A stretch of 64,000 bases of DNA from Terriglobales bacterium (GCA_035553115.1 DATNED010000059.1:41519-105518); one strand, 5' to 3'; counted from the stretch's first letter, positions 9,815-19,791 are shown. The notes: a model not told the origin generated them from the letters alone. Numbers and translations are program-made.

Positions 9815-10615
9815 CTAGCGCCCGCGCGCCATCACTTCCTTGATCTTCGCCCAGGCGGCATCGCGCGCCTTGGCATTGTCCGCAGTTGCATCAGGCTGCT
9901 CACCGGCCCGCATGAAGCCGTGGCCGGCGCCATCGTAAATCACCGCCTCATAGGCTTTGCCCAGCTTCGCCGTGCTCGCGCGCGTCGCGGGAACCGTGGC
10001 GCTGATCCGTGCGTCATTGCCGGCATAGAATCCAAACACCGGCGCAGTGATCTTGGCTAGGGCATCCTCGCTTGGCGTAGAACCATAGAACACGAACGCC
10101 GCGCTCAGCCCTTTCCGCTCTGTTGCAAATTTGAAGCTCTCTCCGCCGCCCCAGCAGAAACCAATGACATAGAGTTTCTTGCTCGACGCCGGCTGCTTTA
10201 GCGCCCAATCGGCGGCGGCATTCAAATCGGCCTCAATCTGCTCGGGTTTGAGGTCGCGAATGGCGCGCCCCACCGCCGTCTGCCCCCCGAGCGCCTCCGT
10301 CCCGCCACCGTTGGGACCGGAGCCGGAAAGCAGGTCTGGCGCGATCGCAACATATCCGGCCGCGGCCAGCTCATCGGTCACTTCCTGCGCCCAATCCGAC
10401 AGGCCAAAAATCTCGTGGATCACGAGCACAACCGGCCGCTTTGTCGAGGCCTCAGGATAGGCTACGAAAGCGCTGAGCGCACGCCCATCGTGATTGATCG
10501 TCACCATTTCGCGGTGGCGTGGCGACTGCTCCAGGCGGGCCTTCGCCCAGTCCTGGGCCGCCAACGGAAGAGCGGCGCACGCCGCGAGTACGAGCAAAGT
10601 CGGAATGCATCGCAT
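9815..10615 (-). CDS. Dienelactone hydrolase family protein (secreted)
   Basis: Signal peptide MRCIPTLLVLAACAALPLAAQ. Nucleophile elbow YVIGFCWGGG. C-terminal GAGHGF motif. Confidence 0.9.
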   Translation of the reverse strand: MRCIPTLLVLAACAALPLAAQDWAKARLEQSPRHREMVTINHDGRALSAFVAYPEASTKRPVVLVIHEIFGLSDWAQEVTDELAAAGYVAIAPDLLSGSGPNGGGTEALGGQTAVGRAIRDLKPEQIEADLNAAADWALKQPASSKKLYVIGFCWGGGESFKFATERKGLSAAFVFYGSTPSEDALAKITAPVFGFYAGNDARISATVPATRASTAKLGKAYEAVIYDGAGHGFMRAGEQPDATADNAKARDAAWAKIKEVMARGR

Positions 10616-10886
10616 ATGCGATGTACCTTACCACAAGCATCTCCAACGATTGCCCTCAAGCCGCTGGTTGCGAAGCCGATAGTAGCGATATCCCCCTTCC
10701 TCAATATCCACGTAACTCTTGGCGTTTCAGCTATTTATGCGTTCCCGCGTCGTCCGGACAAATCTTTCAAAAGGTGCTGCGCGGCATCTCCCGAGCCAGG
10801 GCATCGGCTGTTTCGAATCGCTGGTGGGCCCGGCGGATCGCTGAAAGCACAGGGCCTTCCAAGGGGCAGGCGGCCTCCGATGCGAT

Positions 10887-10902
10887 TGGCAGGCCAGATG
10901 CA
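10887..10902 (+). promoter_or_regulatory. Candidate sigma54 (-24/-12) promoter upstream of flp
   Basis: TGGCAGGCCAGATGCA compared with consensus TGGCAC-N5-TTGCA. GG at 10888-10889 and GC at 10900-10901 are separated by exactly 10 nt. The site lies 57 nt upstream of the flp ATG in a 343-bp intergenic region. Pattern match only. Confidence 0.35.
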
Positions 10903-10958
10903 ATTTGTCAGCGTGAGTGGCAGGGACCGCTCGAAACCGCGTGACGGAGGACAACTCA

Positions 10959-11129
10959 ATGACTGCTTTGATGAACCGTTTTTGGAGTGATGACAATGGC
11001 CAGGACATGGCGGAGTACGCCATTATGCTCGGCGTGATTGCCGCGGTGGTCTTGACCGCCATCACTCTTCTGGGCACGAACATCTCGACCCAGATCACCA
11101 CGATCGCCGGCAAGATCATCGGCTCGTAG
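10959..11129 (+). CDS. flp: Flp family type IVb pilin
   Basis: ATG 10959 is preceded by GGAGG 7 nt upstream. Sequence MTALMNRFWSDDNG/QDMAEYAIMLGVIAAVVLTAI carries the Flp G-XXXX-EY processing motif followed by a hydrophobic helix. Confidence 0.9.
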   Translation: MTALMNRFWSDDNGQDMAEYAIMLGVIAAVVLTAITLLGTNISTQITTIAGKIIGS

Positions 11130-11135
11130 TTGGGG

Positions 11136-11651
11136 ATGCCTGCCGCGGAGTTGGCAGCGCTCGGCGTGGGCGCGGTGGCGGCGGTTTGGGACTTGCGCTT
11201 TCGGCGCATCCCGCGCTGGCTCACCGTGCCCACCCTTCTTCTGGGGCTGGCGTGGCACGCCTGGCAAGGAGGCTTGGCCTCCGCGTTCTTGGCTGCCGCC
11301 GCCGGCCTCTCGCTTGGTCTCTTGCTCTTGATGCTCGGAGCGATCGGCGGAGGTGACGCCAAGCTTCTGGCTGCACTGGGCGCTTTGCTGGGTCTGCCTT
11401 TATGGTGCTGGACAATTGCAATCGGATTCATGGCCGCGGCGCTGACAGCGGTGCTGCAGTTGGCCCGGCAAGGTCGCATCGGCTTTCTGCCGGACGACTT
11501 GGCGGCGATCGTGCACGGCTGGCGCCAATTCGGACTGAAGCCGCATCCGGAGCGCAATGTGAACGCGCCCGGAGCGGTGACCGCTCCGTTCGCCGTTTCG
11601 CTGGCGATCGGAGTGTTCGCAGCGGTGCTGCTGCCGATGTTGGCGCGATGA
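11136..11651 (+). CDS. cpaA: A24-family prepilin peptidase CpaA/TadV
   Basis: Polytopic protein with the two Asp motifs AVWDLRFRRIP and GAIGGGDAKLLAALG. The start could also be TTG 11130. Confidence 0.85.
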   Translation: MPAAELAALGVGAVAAVWDLRFRRIPRWLTVPTLLLGLAWHAWQGGLASAFLAAAAGLSLGLLLLMLGAIGGGDAKLLAALGALLGLPLWCWTIAIGFMAAALTAVLQLARQGRIGFLPDDLAAIVHGWRQFGLKPHPERNVNAPGAVTAPFAVSLAIGVFAAVLLPMLAR

Positions 11652-12076
11652 CGCGCTCCCGCCGAAGCCGGGGCCAGGCCATGGTGGAAACCGCCTTGGT
11701 GCTGCCCATGCTCTTGCTGCTCGTGTTCGGCACCATCGAGCTGGCGCGGGCCCTGAACATCATGCAGACGCTTGCCGATGCGGCCCGCGAAGGAGCGCAC
11801 TGGTCAGCGATGCCGGCCGCGGGCACCAACAACTTGCCTTCGGTCTCGGACGTCCAGACCAGGGTCGCTAATTTCGCCTCAGCCAGCGGCATCACGCTCA
11901 ACCCCTGGGATGTGAATGTGAACCAAGAGGTGGATCAAACCGAAGGCGGCCTCACTGTCAGCTTTAGCGAAGTGGACGTGAGCTACACCTACACCTTCAT
12001 CACGCCAATGATTGCGGCGATCGTCCCGAGCCTCACGCTGCAAAGCCATTCGCTGATGCGCAATGAGACCAATTGA
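11648..12076 (+). CDS. tadE: TadE-like pseudopilin
   Basis: ATGA overlap with cpaA. N-terminus RGQAMVETALVLPMLLLLVFGTIELARAL is the TadE motif. Confidence 0.85.
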   Translation: MTRSRRSRGQAMVETALVLPMLLLLVFGTIELARALNIMQTLADAAREGAHWSAMPAAGTNNLPSVSDVQTRVANFASASGITLNPWDVNVNQEVDQTEGGLTVSFSEVDVSYTYTFITPMIAAIVPSLTLQSHSLMRNETN

Positions 12077-12506
12077 TTCCAATTCGCGCAGAAAGCACCG
12101 CCACCGCGGCAACGAGCTGGTGGAGTTCGCCTTGCTCCTGCCGGCCTTGGCCATGTTCCTGCTGGCCGTTGGGCAAGGTGCCGAAGTGATGGGAACGTAC
12201 CAGATACTCTGCAACGCCGCGCGCGAGGGCGCGCGCCTTTCGGTCGTGCCGGGCGAATTCGGCAATCCGAACGAGATCAAGGCCCGCGTGGTTGCATACG
12301 CCGCCGCCAACGGCGTCACAATCTCGGCCACTGCCGTCACAGTCAATCAGGGCGAGATCGTGAACCCCGGTGCAGGAGCCTGCAGCGCGACCAATGCGTG
12401 CATCAGCGCCTCCAAGGTTTCTGTGACGTACTCCTATCCGATCAGCGTGTTGTTGGGAGCGACCATCAACATGGGGGCCGCGGTGGAAATGAGGAATTTT
12501 TACTAA
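12063..12506 (+). CDS. Second TadE/TadF-like pseudopilin
   Basis: N-terminus RGNELVEFALLLPALAMFLLAVGQGAEV is a TadE-type helix. 14-nt overlap with the preceding gene. Confidence 0.8.
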   Translation: MRPIDSNSRRKHRHRGNELVEFALLLPALAMFLLAVGQGAEVMGTYQILCNAAREGARLSVVPGEFGNPNEIKARVVAYAAANGVTISATAVTVNQGEIVNPGAGACSATNACISASKVSVTYSYPISVLLGATINMGAAVEMRNFY

Positions 12507-13402
12507 TGAAGCGCAAACGAATGCTCGGACTCGCGGTGGTGGCGCTCGCATTTGCCGCCCTGGTCAGCCTTCTCGTCTATCGGGTGGCGCGCAGCGGTGG
12601 CGTGAAGGCGGCTCCCGCAATGGAAGCCGTGGTCGCCGCCGCTGGACCGCTCTCGATCGGACAGCAGATTCAGGACAGCGACTTGAAATTGGTCAAGCTC
12701 CCGCCGTCCATGCTGCCGGCCCACATCTACCGCTCGCAAACGGCACTGATCGGTCACGTGCTCACCTCGCCCGCCGTTCCCAACCAGGTGATCGTCGCCG
12801 AGATGGTCGCGCAGCCCGGCACCGGCGTCGGCCTGCCTCCCCTAATCCCCGCCGGCATGCGTGCGGTCTCCGTGAAGGTGAACGACGTGGTATCGGTGGC
12901 CGGTTACGCGATTCCTGGAACTCACGTCGACGTTCTGCTCACCGGAAACCCTCACCAGAACGGCGATCCCGCCGATGTCACTACCGTGACGCTGCTTTCC
13001 GACGTGCAGGTCCTGACCGCCGGCCAGCAGATGGAGCAGAGCCCCAACGGCAAGCCCGAAAAGGTCACGGTCATCACCTTGTTGGTGGACCCGGCCGGCG
13101 CACAGAAGCTGGCCCTGGCGGATGGCTACGGCCACATTCAGCTGGCTCTGCGGAATCCGCTGGACAAACTGGCTGAGAAGACGAACCCGCTGATCAACGC
13201 TACGCTCTACGGACAGCGATTCGAAGCCTCGCGCGGAGTCGGAGCCAGCCGCAAGCCCGCGCCCAAGACCACCACCCCTCCGCCGCTGCCGGCGGAATGG
13301 GCAGTCAAGGTGATTAGCGGAGATAAGCAGGAGGTCGTGAAGTTTCCGGAGCATGCCCCACGGGTTGCCGGAATCGAGCGCAGCGGGGAGCACCAACCAT
13401 GA
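12506..13402 (+). CDS. cpaB: Flp pilus assembly protein CpaB/RcpC
   Basis: TAATG overlap start. MKRKRMLGLAVVALAFAALVSLLVY anchor, then SAF/RcpC-type region (IPAGMRAVSVKVNDVVSVAGYAIPGTHVDVLLTG). Confidence 0.85.
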   Translation: MKRKRMLGLAVVALAFAALVSLLVYRVARSGGVKAAPAMEAVVAAAGPLSIGQQIQDSDLKLVKLPPSMLPAHIYRSQTALIGHVLTSPAVPNQVIVAEMVAQPGTGVGLPPLIPAGMRAVSVKVNDVVSVAGYAIPGTHVDVLLTGNPHQNGDPADVTTVTLLSDVQVLTAGQQMEQSPNGKPEKVTVITLLVDPAGAQKLALADGYGHIQLALRNPLDKLAEKTNPLINATLYGQRFEASRGVGASRKPAPKTTTPPPLPAEWAVKVISGDKQEVVKFPEHAPRVAGIERSGEHQP

Positions 13403-15150
13403 GCAAAGGCAAAACCAACTTCATGCGGGCCGTGATCGAGGGCATCCTCGCCGGGCTCGCCATCCTGGCCCTTGGTGGCCTCCGGGTCGCGGTCGCCGAA
13501 TCGCCCAAGCCGGCACCTCCGGCTGCGCACATTGCGGTCGCGCACGGTTTCACGCTCTTGCCGATGACGGCGGAGTTGCAGGACAAGCTGATCGTTGCCA
13601 CCCCGCTGACCATGCCGATGGCCGCTCCCACTCGCTTGGTCGTGCTGCCGGATCGCGCGCCCGTGCCTGCCGCCTTGACGTCGGCCTCAGATTCAGCTGC
13701 AACTTGGACCGCGCGCTTAGATCCCGCGAGCCTGGTGATGGCATTGCGCGGCGCGTTTGCGCCTGCGCCTGCGCACTTCGCCGCAGGCGCGATCCCAGCG
13801 CGGATTGCTGCAGCGAGCGCTCCGGCGCCTGCCGCCAATAAGAGCGGCGCGCCCAGCTTCCCGGTGCCGGCGCCGATCGGCACTCCGGTGGATCTTCAAT
13901 TAGTCGCGCATCACAGCCTGGTCGTCCAGAGTCCGGTTCCGCTCTCGATGGTCTCCACCACGGACGACACTATCGCTCAAGCCATCGTCGTATCGCCCAA
14001 CCAAGTTCTCGTCCAAGGCAAGACCCCTGGCGAAGTCTCCTTGCTCCTCTGGGACGCCGACTCCAATGCCCGCGCCTACACGGTGCAGGTGGGCCTCGAC
14101 CCCATGCCGCTGGAACGCGAGCTCGATCGCCTTTACCCCAAGAGCCCGCTGAAGGTAACCGCCAGCGGTGACGCCTTGGTGATTACCGGCGCCTTGCAGA
14201 ATGCCGCCACCGCCAAGCAGGTCTTGGACGTGGCCTCGGGTTTCTCCAAGCACGTGGTCAACAACCTCAGCGTGGACTCGGCCGATGATCCGGCCCAAGT
14301 CATGCTGCAGGTCCGCTTCGCAGAGGTGGATCGCAGCGCGGTGGCGCAATTCGGCGCGAACCTCATGTCCACCGGCGCCGGCAATACCGTCGGCTCCCTG
14401 TCCACGCAGCAGTTCGGTGCGCCCTCCGGCGTCTTGGCTCCAGGCAATACCATCAACAACCCTCCGGGTTCGGGCGTCGTGGCTGGCCCTGGCGCCAAGT
14501 TCGGCGTGAACAGCCTGCTCAACGTCTTCCTGTTCCGCAGCGACACCAACTTGGCGCTGACCATGCAGGCCCTGGAGCAACAGAACCTGCTGCAGATCCT
14601 GGCCGAGCCCAACCTGCTTGCGATGGACGGCAAGGACGCCAGCTTCCTCGCCGGCGGCGAATTTCCCTTCCCTGTGGTCCAGGGCCAGGGCGCGGTCAAC
14701 AACGTGACCATCCAGTTCAAACCGTTCGGAGTCAATCTGCACTTCAAGCCCACCATCCTCCCCGATGGCACGATTGATCTGCAGGTGGCGCCAGAGGTGA
14801 GCGCGCTGGACTTCTCCAATGCGCTCACCGTGTCTGGCTTTTTGATTCCCGCCTTGAGCACCCGCCGCGCGGAGACCGAGCTTGAGCTGGGTGACGGTCA
14901 GAGCTTCGTCATCGCTGGACTCATGGACAATCGCTTGACGAAGAACATGTCGAAGCTCCCGGGCCTGGGCGACATTCCGATCTTGGGCAAATTCTTTCAG
15001 AGTCAAAACACCAGCAAAAGCCAGAGCGAATTGATGGTCATCGTCACCGCCCACCTGGTCCGCCCCACCTCGATCGCGCCCACCGGCCCGAAGATGCCCA
15101 AGCCGTTTCTGCTTCCCGAGAAGTTTGATCACAGTGGGGGCACCCAATGA
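13399..15150 (+). CDS. cpaC: Tad secretin CpaC/RcpA
   Basis: ATGA overlap. Pilus-N domain (VVSPNQVLVQGKTPGEVSLLLWD). Secretin core LLQILAEPNLLAMDGKDASFLAGGEFP ... RRAETELELGDGQSFVIAGL ... LPGLGDIPILGKFF. Confidence 0.9.
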   Translation: MSKGKTNFMRAVIEGILAGLAILALGGLRVAVAESPKPAPPAAHIAVAHGFTLLPMTAELQDKLIVATPLTMPMAAPTRLVVLPDRAPVPAALTSASDSAATWTARLDPASLVMALRGAFAPAPAHFAAGAIPARIAAASAPAPAANKSGAPSFPVPAPIGTPVDLQLVAHHSLVVQSPVPLSMVSTTDDTIAQAIVVSPNQVLVQGKTPGEVSLLLWDADSNARAYTVQVGLDPMPLERELDRLYPKSPLKVTASGDALVITGALQNAATAKQVLDVASGFSKHVVNNLSVDSADDPAQVMLQVRFAEVDRSAVAQFGANLMSTGAGNTVGSLSTQQFGAPSGVLAPGNTINNPPGSGVVAGPGAKFGVNSLLNVFLFRSDTNLALTMQALEQQNLLQILAEPNLLAMDGKDASFLAGGEFPFPVVQGQGAVNNVTIQFKPFGVNLHFKPTILPDGTIDLQVAPEVSALDFSNALTVSGFLIPALSTRRAETELELGDGQSFVIAGLMDNRLTKNMSKLPGLGDIPILGKFFQSQNTSKSQSELMVIVTAHLVRPTSIAPTGPKMPKPFLLPEKFDHSGGTQ

Positions 15151-16280
15151 TTCAGCGCCGCAATCAGGACGGCCTCACCGCCGTGCTGGTAACGCTGCTG
15201 CTCACCGGCCTGTGCGGGGCCGCAGCGATGGCCGTGGATGTGGGGGTGCTCTATAGCGCACGCACCAGTGCGCAAAGCGCCGCCGACGCCGCCGCGCTGG
15301 CCGGGGCGTTTACGTTCCTCAAGCCCGCCAACGCGCAGCCGACAACGGCCACCAATGCCGCCATCGCGATGGCGAAAGCGAATAGCATTTTGGGCTCGGC
15401 CGCCGTCATCACCAGCAGCGATGTCACGGTGGACCAGGCCGACCAGCGCGTGACGGTGACGGTCCCGCGCCTCGGCAGCAACGGCATTCCTGCGTTCTTC
15501 CTTGGCATTTTCGGCGTGAAGCACACCGACGTCTCGGCCGTGGCCACGGCCGAAGCCTCGCCGGTGGCGACCGGCTCGATCTGCCTGCGACCGATCTTTG
15601 TGCCCAATACCATTCTGAGCACCGAGACCCCAACCCAAGCCTGCACCGATGGTCAAGTCATCCTTGGCCCTGACGGATCCATGAGCCCGTGGATGAAGGC
15701 GAATCCCGGATTGCTGGGCACTCTCAAGACGATCCGCCCGACAAGTCCGCAAGGTGCGTTAGCGCCCAGTCAGTACTATTCGCTGGATTTCAGCAATGGC
15801 GCTGGCGGAGGCGCTGCGGTTTACTCCTGTGCGCTGGGCAGCAGCCTTGCCGATTGCGGCATCACCCCGACGGTCGCCGCCTGCGGCACATCTTATCCAA
15901 CCGAAAACGGCAATATGAAAGGGCCCACGCAGACGGGCATCGGCAATTTGCTAGGTGCGAACCCGGATACCTGGGTTGGACAAGGCGCCTACCAACACAG
16001 CAACGGATCCATCACGGACACCAGCACTCAATTGGTCGTCGCACCCGTGTGGGACGATTGCTGCCCGACCTGCTCGATCGGTCCCGGCGGCGGAAACGTC
16101 ACCATCATCGGCTTCAGCAATTGGTTCGTGCAAGGCCTCGGAAGCGTTAGCGGCGATCCCGGCGTGATCGCGAATTTCGTGAATGCGGCGGGCTGCGCTG
16201 CTGGCGGCGGAGGCAATGGCGGCGGCCTTGCCACGAACGCCAGCTTTGGCATCCCCATCCGCTTGGTCACCCCCAACTGA
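15147..16280 (+). CDS. tadG: TadG-like pilus assembly protein
   Basis: ATGA overlap. N-terminus GLTAVLVTLLLTGLCGAAAMAVDVGVLYSARTSAQSAADAAALAGA is the Tad_N / TadG-type region. Confidence 0.8.
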   Translation: MIQRRNQDGLTAVLVTLLLTGLCGAAAMAVDVGVLYSARTSAQSAADAAALAGAFTFLKPANAQPTTATNAAIAMAKANSILGSAAVITSSDVTVDQADQRVTVTVPRLGSNGIPAFFLGIFGVKHTDVSAVATAEASPVATGSICLRPIFVPNTILSTETPTQACTDGQVILGPDGSMSPWMKANPGLLGTLKTIRPTSPQGALAPSQYYSLDFSNGAGGGAAVYSCALGSSLADCGITPTVAACGTSYPTENGNMKGPTQTGIGNLLGANPDTWVGQGAYQHSNGSITDTSTQLVVAPVWDDCCPTCSIGPGGGNVTIIGFSNWFVQGLGSVSGDPGVIANFVNAAGCAAGGGGNGGGLATNASFGIPIRLVTPN

Positions 16281-16298
16281 GGAGCAGTTCCCCCCGCC

Positions 16299-17504
16299 AT
16301 GATTCCGAAGATCACCATTTTTGCGGCCAGCGAAAGCGAGCGCCTACAACTCGAAAAGGCGGTCGAATCCAGCGGGCGAAGCGCGGCAGCAGGCCGCGCT
16401 TTGGCGTTTCCCCAGTCGCTCAGCACCGCCGATCCGCAGCTCCGCCAGTTCCAGGCGCAGGCAGCGCATGCCGCCCTGGTGGCCCTGCCCGAGCCCGGCG
16501 GCGAAGGGCCTGAAGTCGCCTTTGCCTTGGTGGCCTGGCTGCGCGCCCACAAGGCCAGCCTCCATGTTGTCGTTGTGGGTCCACTCGAGTCGCCGCAATG
16601 GATCGTGGGCGCCATGCGCGCCGGGGCAAGCGAGTATCTCGAACGTCCTCTCAAGCCCGGCGTATTGGAGGAAGCCATCGAGCGCTGGTCGCTCACCCGC
16701 GGCGCCGAAGCCCTGCAGCCCGCTACCCGCGGAAAGCTGATTGCAGTGGTGGGTTCCCGCGGAGGTTGCGGTTCGACTACGGTCGCGGTGAACTTGGCGC
16801 TCTCTATGCAAGCGCAGCGAAGAGAGGGCGACGCGCCGGTAGTGCTGCTCGATGCTGCGCCGCTGGGCCACTCCGCCCTGCACCTGAACCTCAAGCCGCA
16901 ATTCACCCTGGCCGACCTCGTTGGCCACTGCTCTCGCCTGGATGCCGCCATGCTCGCCAGCTTGCTGGTGGCGCATGATTCAGGCCTGCAATTGCTGGCC
17001 GGCCCGGGCGCGCCGCTGCCCGCTGGCGATGCCCGCGACCACACCGCCTGGCTGGAGCTGATGCTGTTGCAGCATCCACTGGTGATTATGGATCTGTCGG
17101 CCCGCCTCGACAGCCTGACTGCCGCCGCCATCGAACACGCCGATCGCATTCTGTTCGTCACCCAGACGGACATGGTCTCGCTCTGGAGCGCGGCCAAGGT
17201 TCGCCAGTACCTCGACGCCGATTCGCGCCTCAAATTCGAACTGGTTTTGAATCGCTTCACCGCCACGCCAGAAGTGGATTTGAGCGGAGTAGAATCCATC
17301 ACTCATGCCCAGGTGCTCTGGAAACTCCCCAACGCCCACGCTCTTGTGGTCGAGGCCATCGAGCGCGGCGAGCCGCCCGCCTCGAGCACCAAGTCCGATC
17401 TCGCTCGCAGCTATCACGCGCTCGCCTCCAACCTGCTGGGCCGGCCGCAGCGACGGCGCCGGTCATGGATTCCCTTCCTCCGCCTCCGCGCTGCCCAGAC
17501 CTAA
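16299..17504 (+). CDS. cpaE: CpaE/TadZ (atypical receiver domain plus ParA/MinD-like ATPase)
   Basis: The N-terminal receiver-like fold lacks the acceptor Asp (HAALVALPEPG). Deviant Walker A VVGSRGGCGSTTVAVNLA. Confidence 0.85.
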   Translation: MIPKITIFAASESERLQLEKAVESSGRSAAAGRALAFPQSLSTADPQLRQFQAQAAHAALVALPEPGGEGPEVAFALVAWLRAHKASLHVVVVGPLESPQWIVGAMRAGASEYLERPLKPGVLEEAIERWSLTRGAEALQPATRGKLIAVVGSRGGCGSTTVAVNLALSMQAQRREGDAPVVLLDAAPLGHSALHLNLKPQFTLADLVGHCSRLDAAMLASLLVAHDSGLQLLAGPGAPLPAGDARDHTAWLELMLLQHPLVIMDLSARLDSLTAAAIEHADRILFVTQTDMVSLWSAAKVRQYLDADSRLKFELVLNRFTATPEVDLSGVESITHAQVLWKLPNAHALVVEAIERGEPPASSTKSDLARSYHALASNLLGRPQRRRRSWIPFLRLRAAQT

Positions 17505-17524
17505 CTCGATCGAGCTAGATTCTT

Positions 17525-18811
17525 ATGCCCCTCACCGCCGAAATCAACTTTCAGCAGATCAAGCGCGACTACCACAAACGCGTGCTCGAGCGCTTGAACC
17601 TCGAGCACTTGGACCGCATGCCTGCCGAGACCGCGCGCCAGGAGGTGGTCGGCCTCATCCGGTCCATGCTGGCCCTCGAATCGGTTCCACTTTCTTTGGC
17701 CGAGCGCGATGACCTCGTTCGCGATCTGCTCGATGAGATATTCGGCTTCGGCCCGCTCGAGACATTCCTGCGCGATCCGCTCGTCAGCGATATCCTGGTC
17801 AACCGCGCCGACCAGATCTATGTGGAGAAGAAAGGGCGGCTTCAAAAGACCCCGGTCACCTTCCAGGACGACGCGCACTTGCTGCGCATCATTGACCGCA
17901 TCGTCTCCCGCGTCGGCCGCCGCGTGGATGAGAGTTCGCCGATGGTGGACGCCCGACTTCCCGATGGCTCGCGCGTCAATGCCATCATTCCTCCGCTGGC
18001 GCTCGATGGCCCTTGCCTGTCCATTCGCCGCTTCGGCAGCGATCCGCTCACGGGCGCCAAGCTGCTCGAGCACAAGGCGCTGACCGAGGCCATGCTCAGT
18101 TTCCTCGAATGCTGCGTCGTCGCGCGCCTGAACATCATCATTTCCGGCGGTACAGGCGCCGGCAAGACGACGCTGCTCAATGTGCTGAGCGGCTTCATCC
18201 CCGAGCACGAGCGGGTCGTGACCATCGAAGACGCAGCCGAGTTGCAGCTCAAGCAAGAGCACGTCGTGCGCCTCGAGACCCGCCCTCCCAACGTCGAGGG
18301 CCAGGGCGCCGTGCGCCAGCGCCAATTGGTGATGAACAGCCTGCGCATGCGCCCCGACCGCATCGTCATGGGCGAGTGCCGCGGTGAAGAAGCCATTGAC
18401 ATGTTGCAGGCCATGAACACCGGCCACGACGGCTCCCTCACCACCATCCACGCCAATACCCCGCGCGACGCCCTGGGACGCCTCGAAACCATGGTGAACA
18501 TGGCCAACCTCAATCTGCCCGACCGCGCCATTCGCCAGCAGATTTCTTCCGCCCTTCACCTCGTAGTCCAGCTCTCGCGCTTGTCCGACGGTACGCGCAA
18601 GGTCTTGAGCATCGCCGAGATCACCGGCACCGAAGGCGATGTGGTGTGCATGCAGGAACTGTTCAGCTTCGAGCGCCAGGGCCTGACCGAAAGCGGCGGC
18701 GTGAAGGGCCGCTTCCGCGGCCACGGCATCCGCCCGCACTGCGCCGAACGTTTGGCCGCCGTTGGCCAAAAAATGAATCCCGCCTGGATGGAAGACGTGA
18801 TGGTCATCTGA
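17525..18811 (+). CDS. cpaF: CpaF/TadA secretion ATPase
   Basis: Walker [13 protein letters not shown], Asp/Walker B region [13 protein letters not shown], His box [14 protein letters not shown]. Confidence 0.95.
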   Translation: MPLTAEINFQQIKRDYHKRVLERLNLEHLDRMPAETARQEVVGLIRSMLALESVPLSLAERDDLVRDLLDEIFGFGPLETFLRDPLVSDILVNRADQIYVEKKGRLQKTPVTFQDDAHLLRIIDRIVSRVGRRVDESSPMVDARLPDGSRVNAIIPPLALDGPCLSIRRFGSDPLTGAKLLEHKALTEAMLSFLECCVVARLNIIISGGTGAGKTTLLNVLSGFIPEHERVVTIEDAAELQLKQEHVVRLETRPPNVEGQGAVRQRQLVMNSLRMRPDRIVMGECRGEEAIDMLQAMNTGHDGSLTTIHANTPRDALGRLETMVNMANLNLPDRAIRQQISSALHLVVQLSRLSDGTRKVLSIAEITGTEGDVVCMQELFSFERQGLTESGGVKGRFRGHGIRPHCAERLAAVGQKMNPAWMEDVMVI

Positions 18812-18826
18812 CCAAGGATTGCACCC

Positions 18827-19789
18827 ATGGGACTTCTCATTGTTCTCATCTTCGTCGTGGTGGCCGCCCTGGTGTTTGGCTTGGGCATGTCGTGGGACCG
18901 CCGCGACCATCGCATCGAGCAGCTCAAGGAGCGGCTGGAGCTGATTCAGCGAGCGGAGAAGCGCCAGCCTCGCCCCAGCCTAGCTTTGATCCGGGACGAT
19001 CTCATGAGCGAGATCCCGGCCCTCAACCGCTGGCTCGACCAGATGGGCCGCGGCACCGCGCTGCGCAACTGGCTCCGCCAGGCCGGCATGGGAATGCGCC
19101 CCGGCAAGTTCGTCCTGCTCAGCGCCGGGCTCGGCCTGATCGGCGGCATGTTTGGCCTGGTTTGGCTCCCGTGGTACGGCATGCTGGCAGCGGGAGGTCC
19201 CGCGGCCTTGCTTCCCTATGCGTGGGCGAAGCGTCAACGCTCCAAGCGCTTGGCCACGTTCGAGACCCAATTCCCCGAAGCCATTGATCTCTTGGTTCGC
19301 GCCAGCCGCGCTGGGCACCCCCCGGGCGCGGCACTCGAGCTGATTGCCAACGAAATGCCGGAGCCGGCAGCCAGTGAATTCCGCCAGGTCTTCGATCAGC
19401 AGCGCTTCGGCCTGCCCTTGCGCGACTGCCTTATGAATCTCGCCGAACGCATTCCGCTGGTGGATGTGCAGTTCTTCGCCACCGCCATGGTCATTCAGCG
19501 CGAGAGCGGCGGCAACCTCGCCGAAATCCTGGAGAAACTAGCCTTCATCATTCGCGAACGCCGCCAGATTCACCGCCAAGTCAAGACCCACACGGCGCAA
19601 GGCCGCATGACCCTCTATGTGCTCCTTGGCATGGCCCCGATCCTGCTCATTGCCATGCTCTTCCTTAGCCATGATTTCGTCATGCCGATTTTCACCGACC
19701 CCATCGGCCGCGCCATGCTGGGCGTCGCTACGGTGCTCCAGATCGTGGGCTGTTTCCTGCTCAACAAGATCGTCACCATCGAGGTCTAA
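18827..19789 (+). CDS. tadB: TadB (type II secretion system F family)
   Basis: T2SSF domain (FPEAIDLLVRASRAGHPPGAALELIA ...) flanked by TM helices. Position directly after cpaF. Confidence 0.85.
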   Translation: MGLLIVLIFVVVAALVFGLGMSWDRRDHRIEQLKERLELIQRAEKRQPRPSLALIRDDLMSEIPALNRWLDQMGRGTALRNWLRQAGMGMRPGKFVLLSAGLGLIGGMFGLVWLPWYGMLAAGGPAALLPYAWAKRQRSKRLATFETQFPEAIDLLVRASRAGHPPGAALELIANEMPEPAASEFRQVFDQQRFGLPLRDCLMNLAERIPLVDVQFFATAMVIQRESGGNLAEILEKLAFIIRERRQIHRQVKTHTAQGRMTLYVLLGMAPILLIAMLFLSHDFVMPIFTDPIGRAMLGVATVLQIVGCFLLNKIVTIEV

Positions 19790-19791
19790 CC

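Noticed and set aside
10608-10623. Perfect 16-bp palindrome CATCGCATATGCGATG covering the start codon of the dienelactone hydrolase gene
   Set aside because: About one perfect 16-bp palindrome is expected by chance in 64 kb (64000 x 4^-8). There is no second copy and no associated regulator. It is kept only as a note.
10727-11800. 357-aa minus-strand ORF spanning the flp upstream region, flp, cpaA and the tadE start
   Set aside because: It crosses an intergenic region and three well-supported plus-strand genes. Its composition is typical of antisense read-through in GC-rich DNA.
13900-18910. Long antisense ORFs across cpaC, tadG/cpaE and cpaF (13900-15147, 16028-17302, 17501-18910, minus strand)
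   Set aside because: Same GC-rich shadow-ORF effect. The plus-strand products have clear secretin, ParA-like and CpaF ATPase motifs and are translationally coupled.
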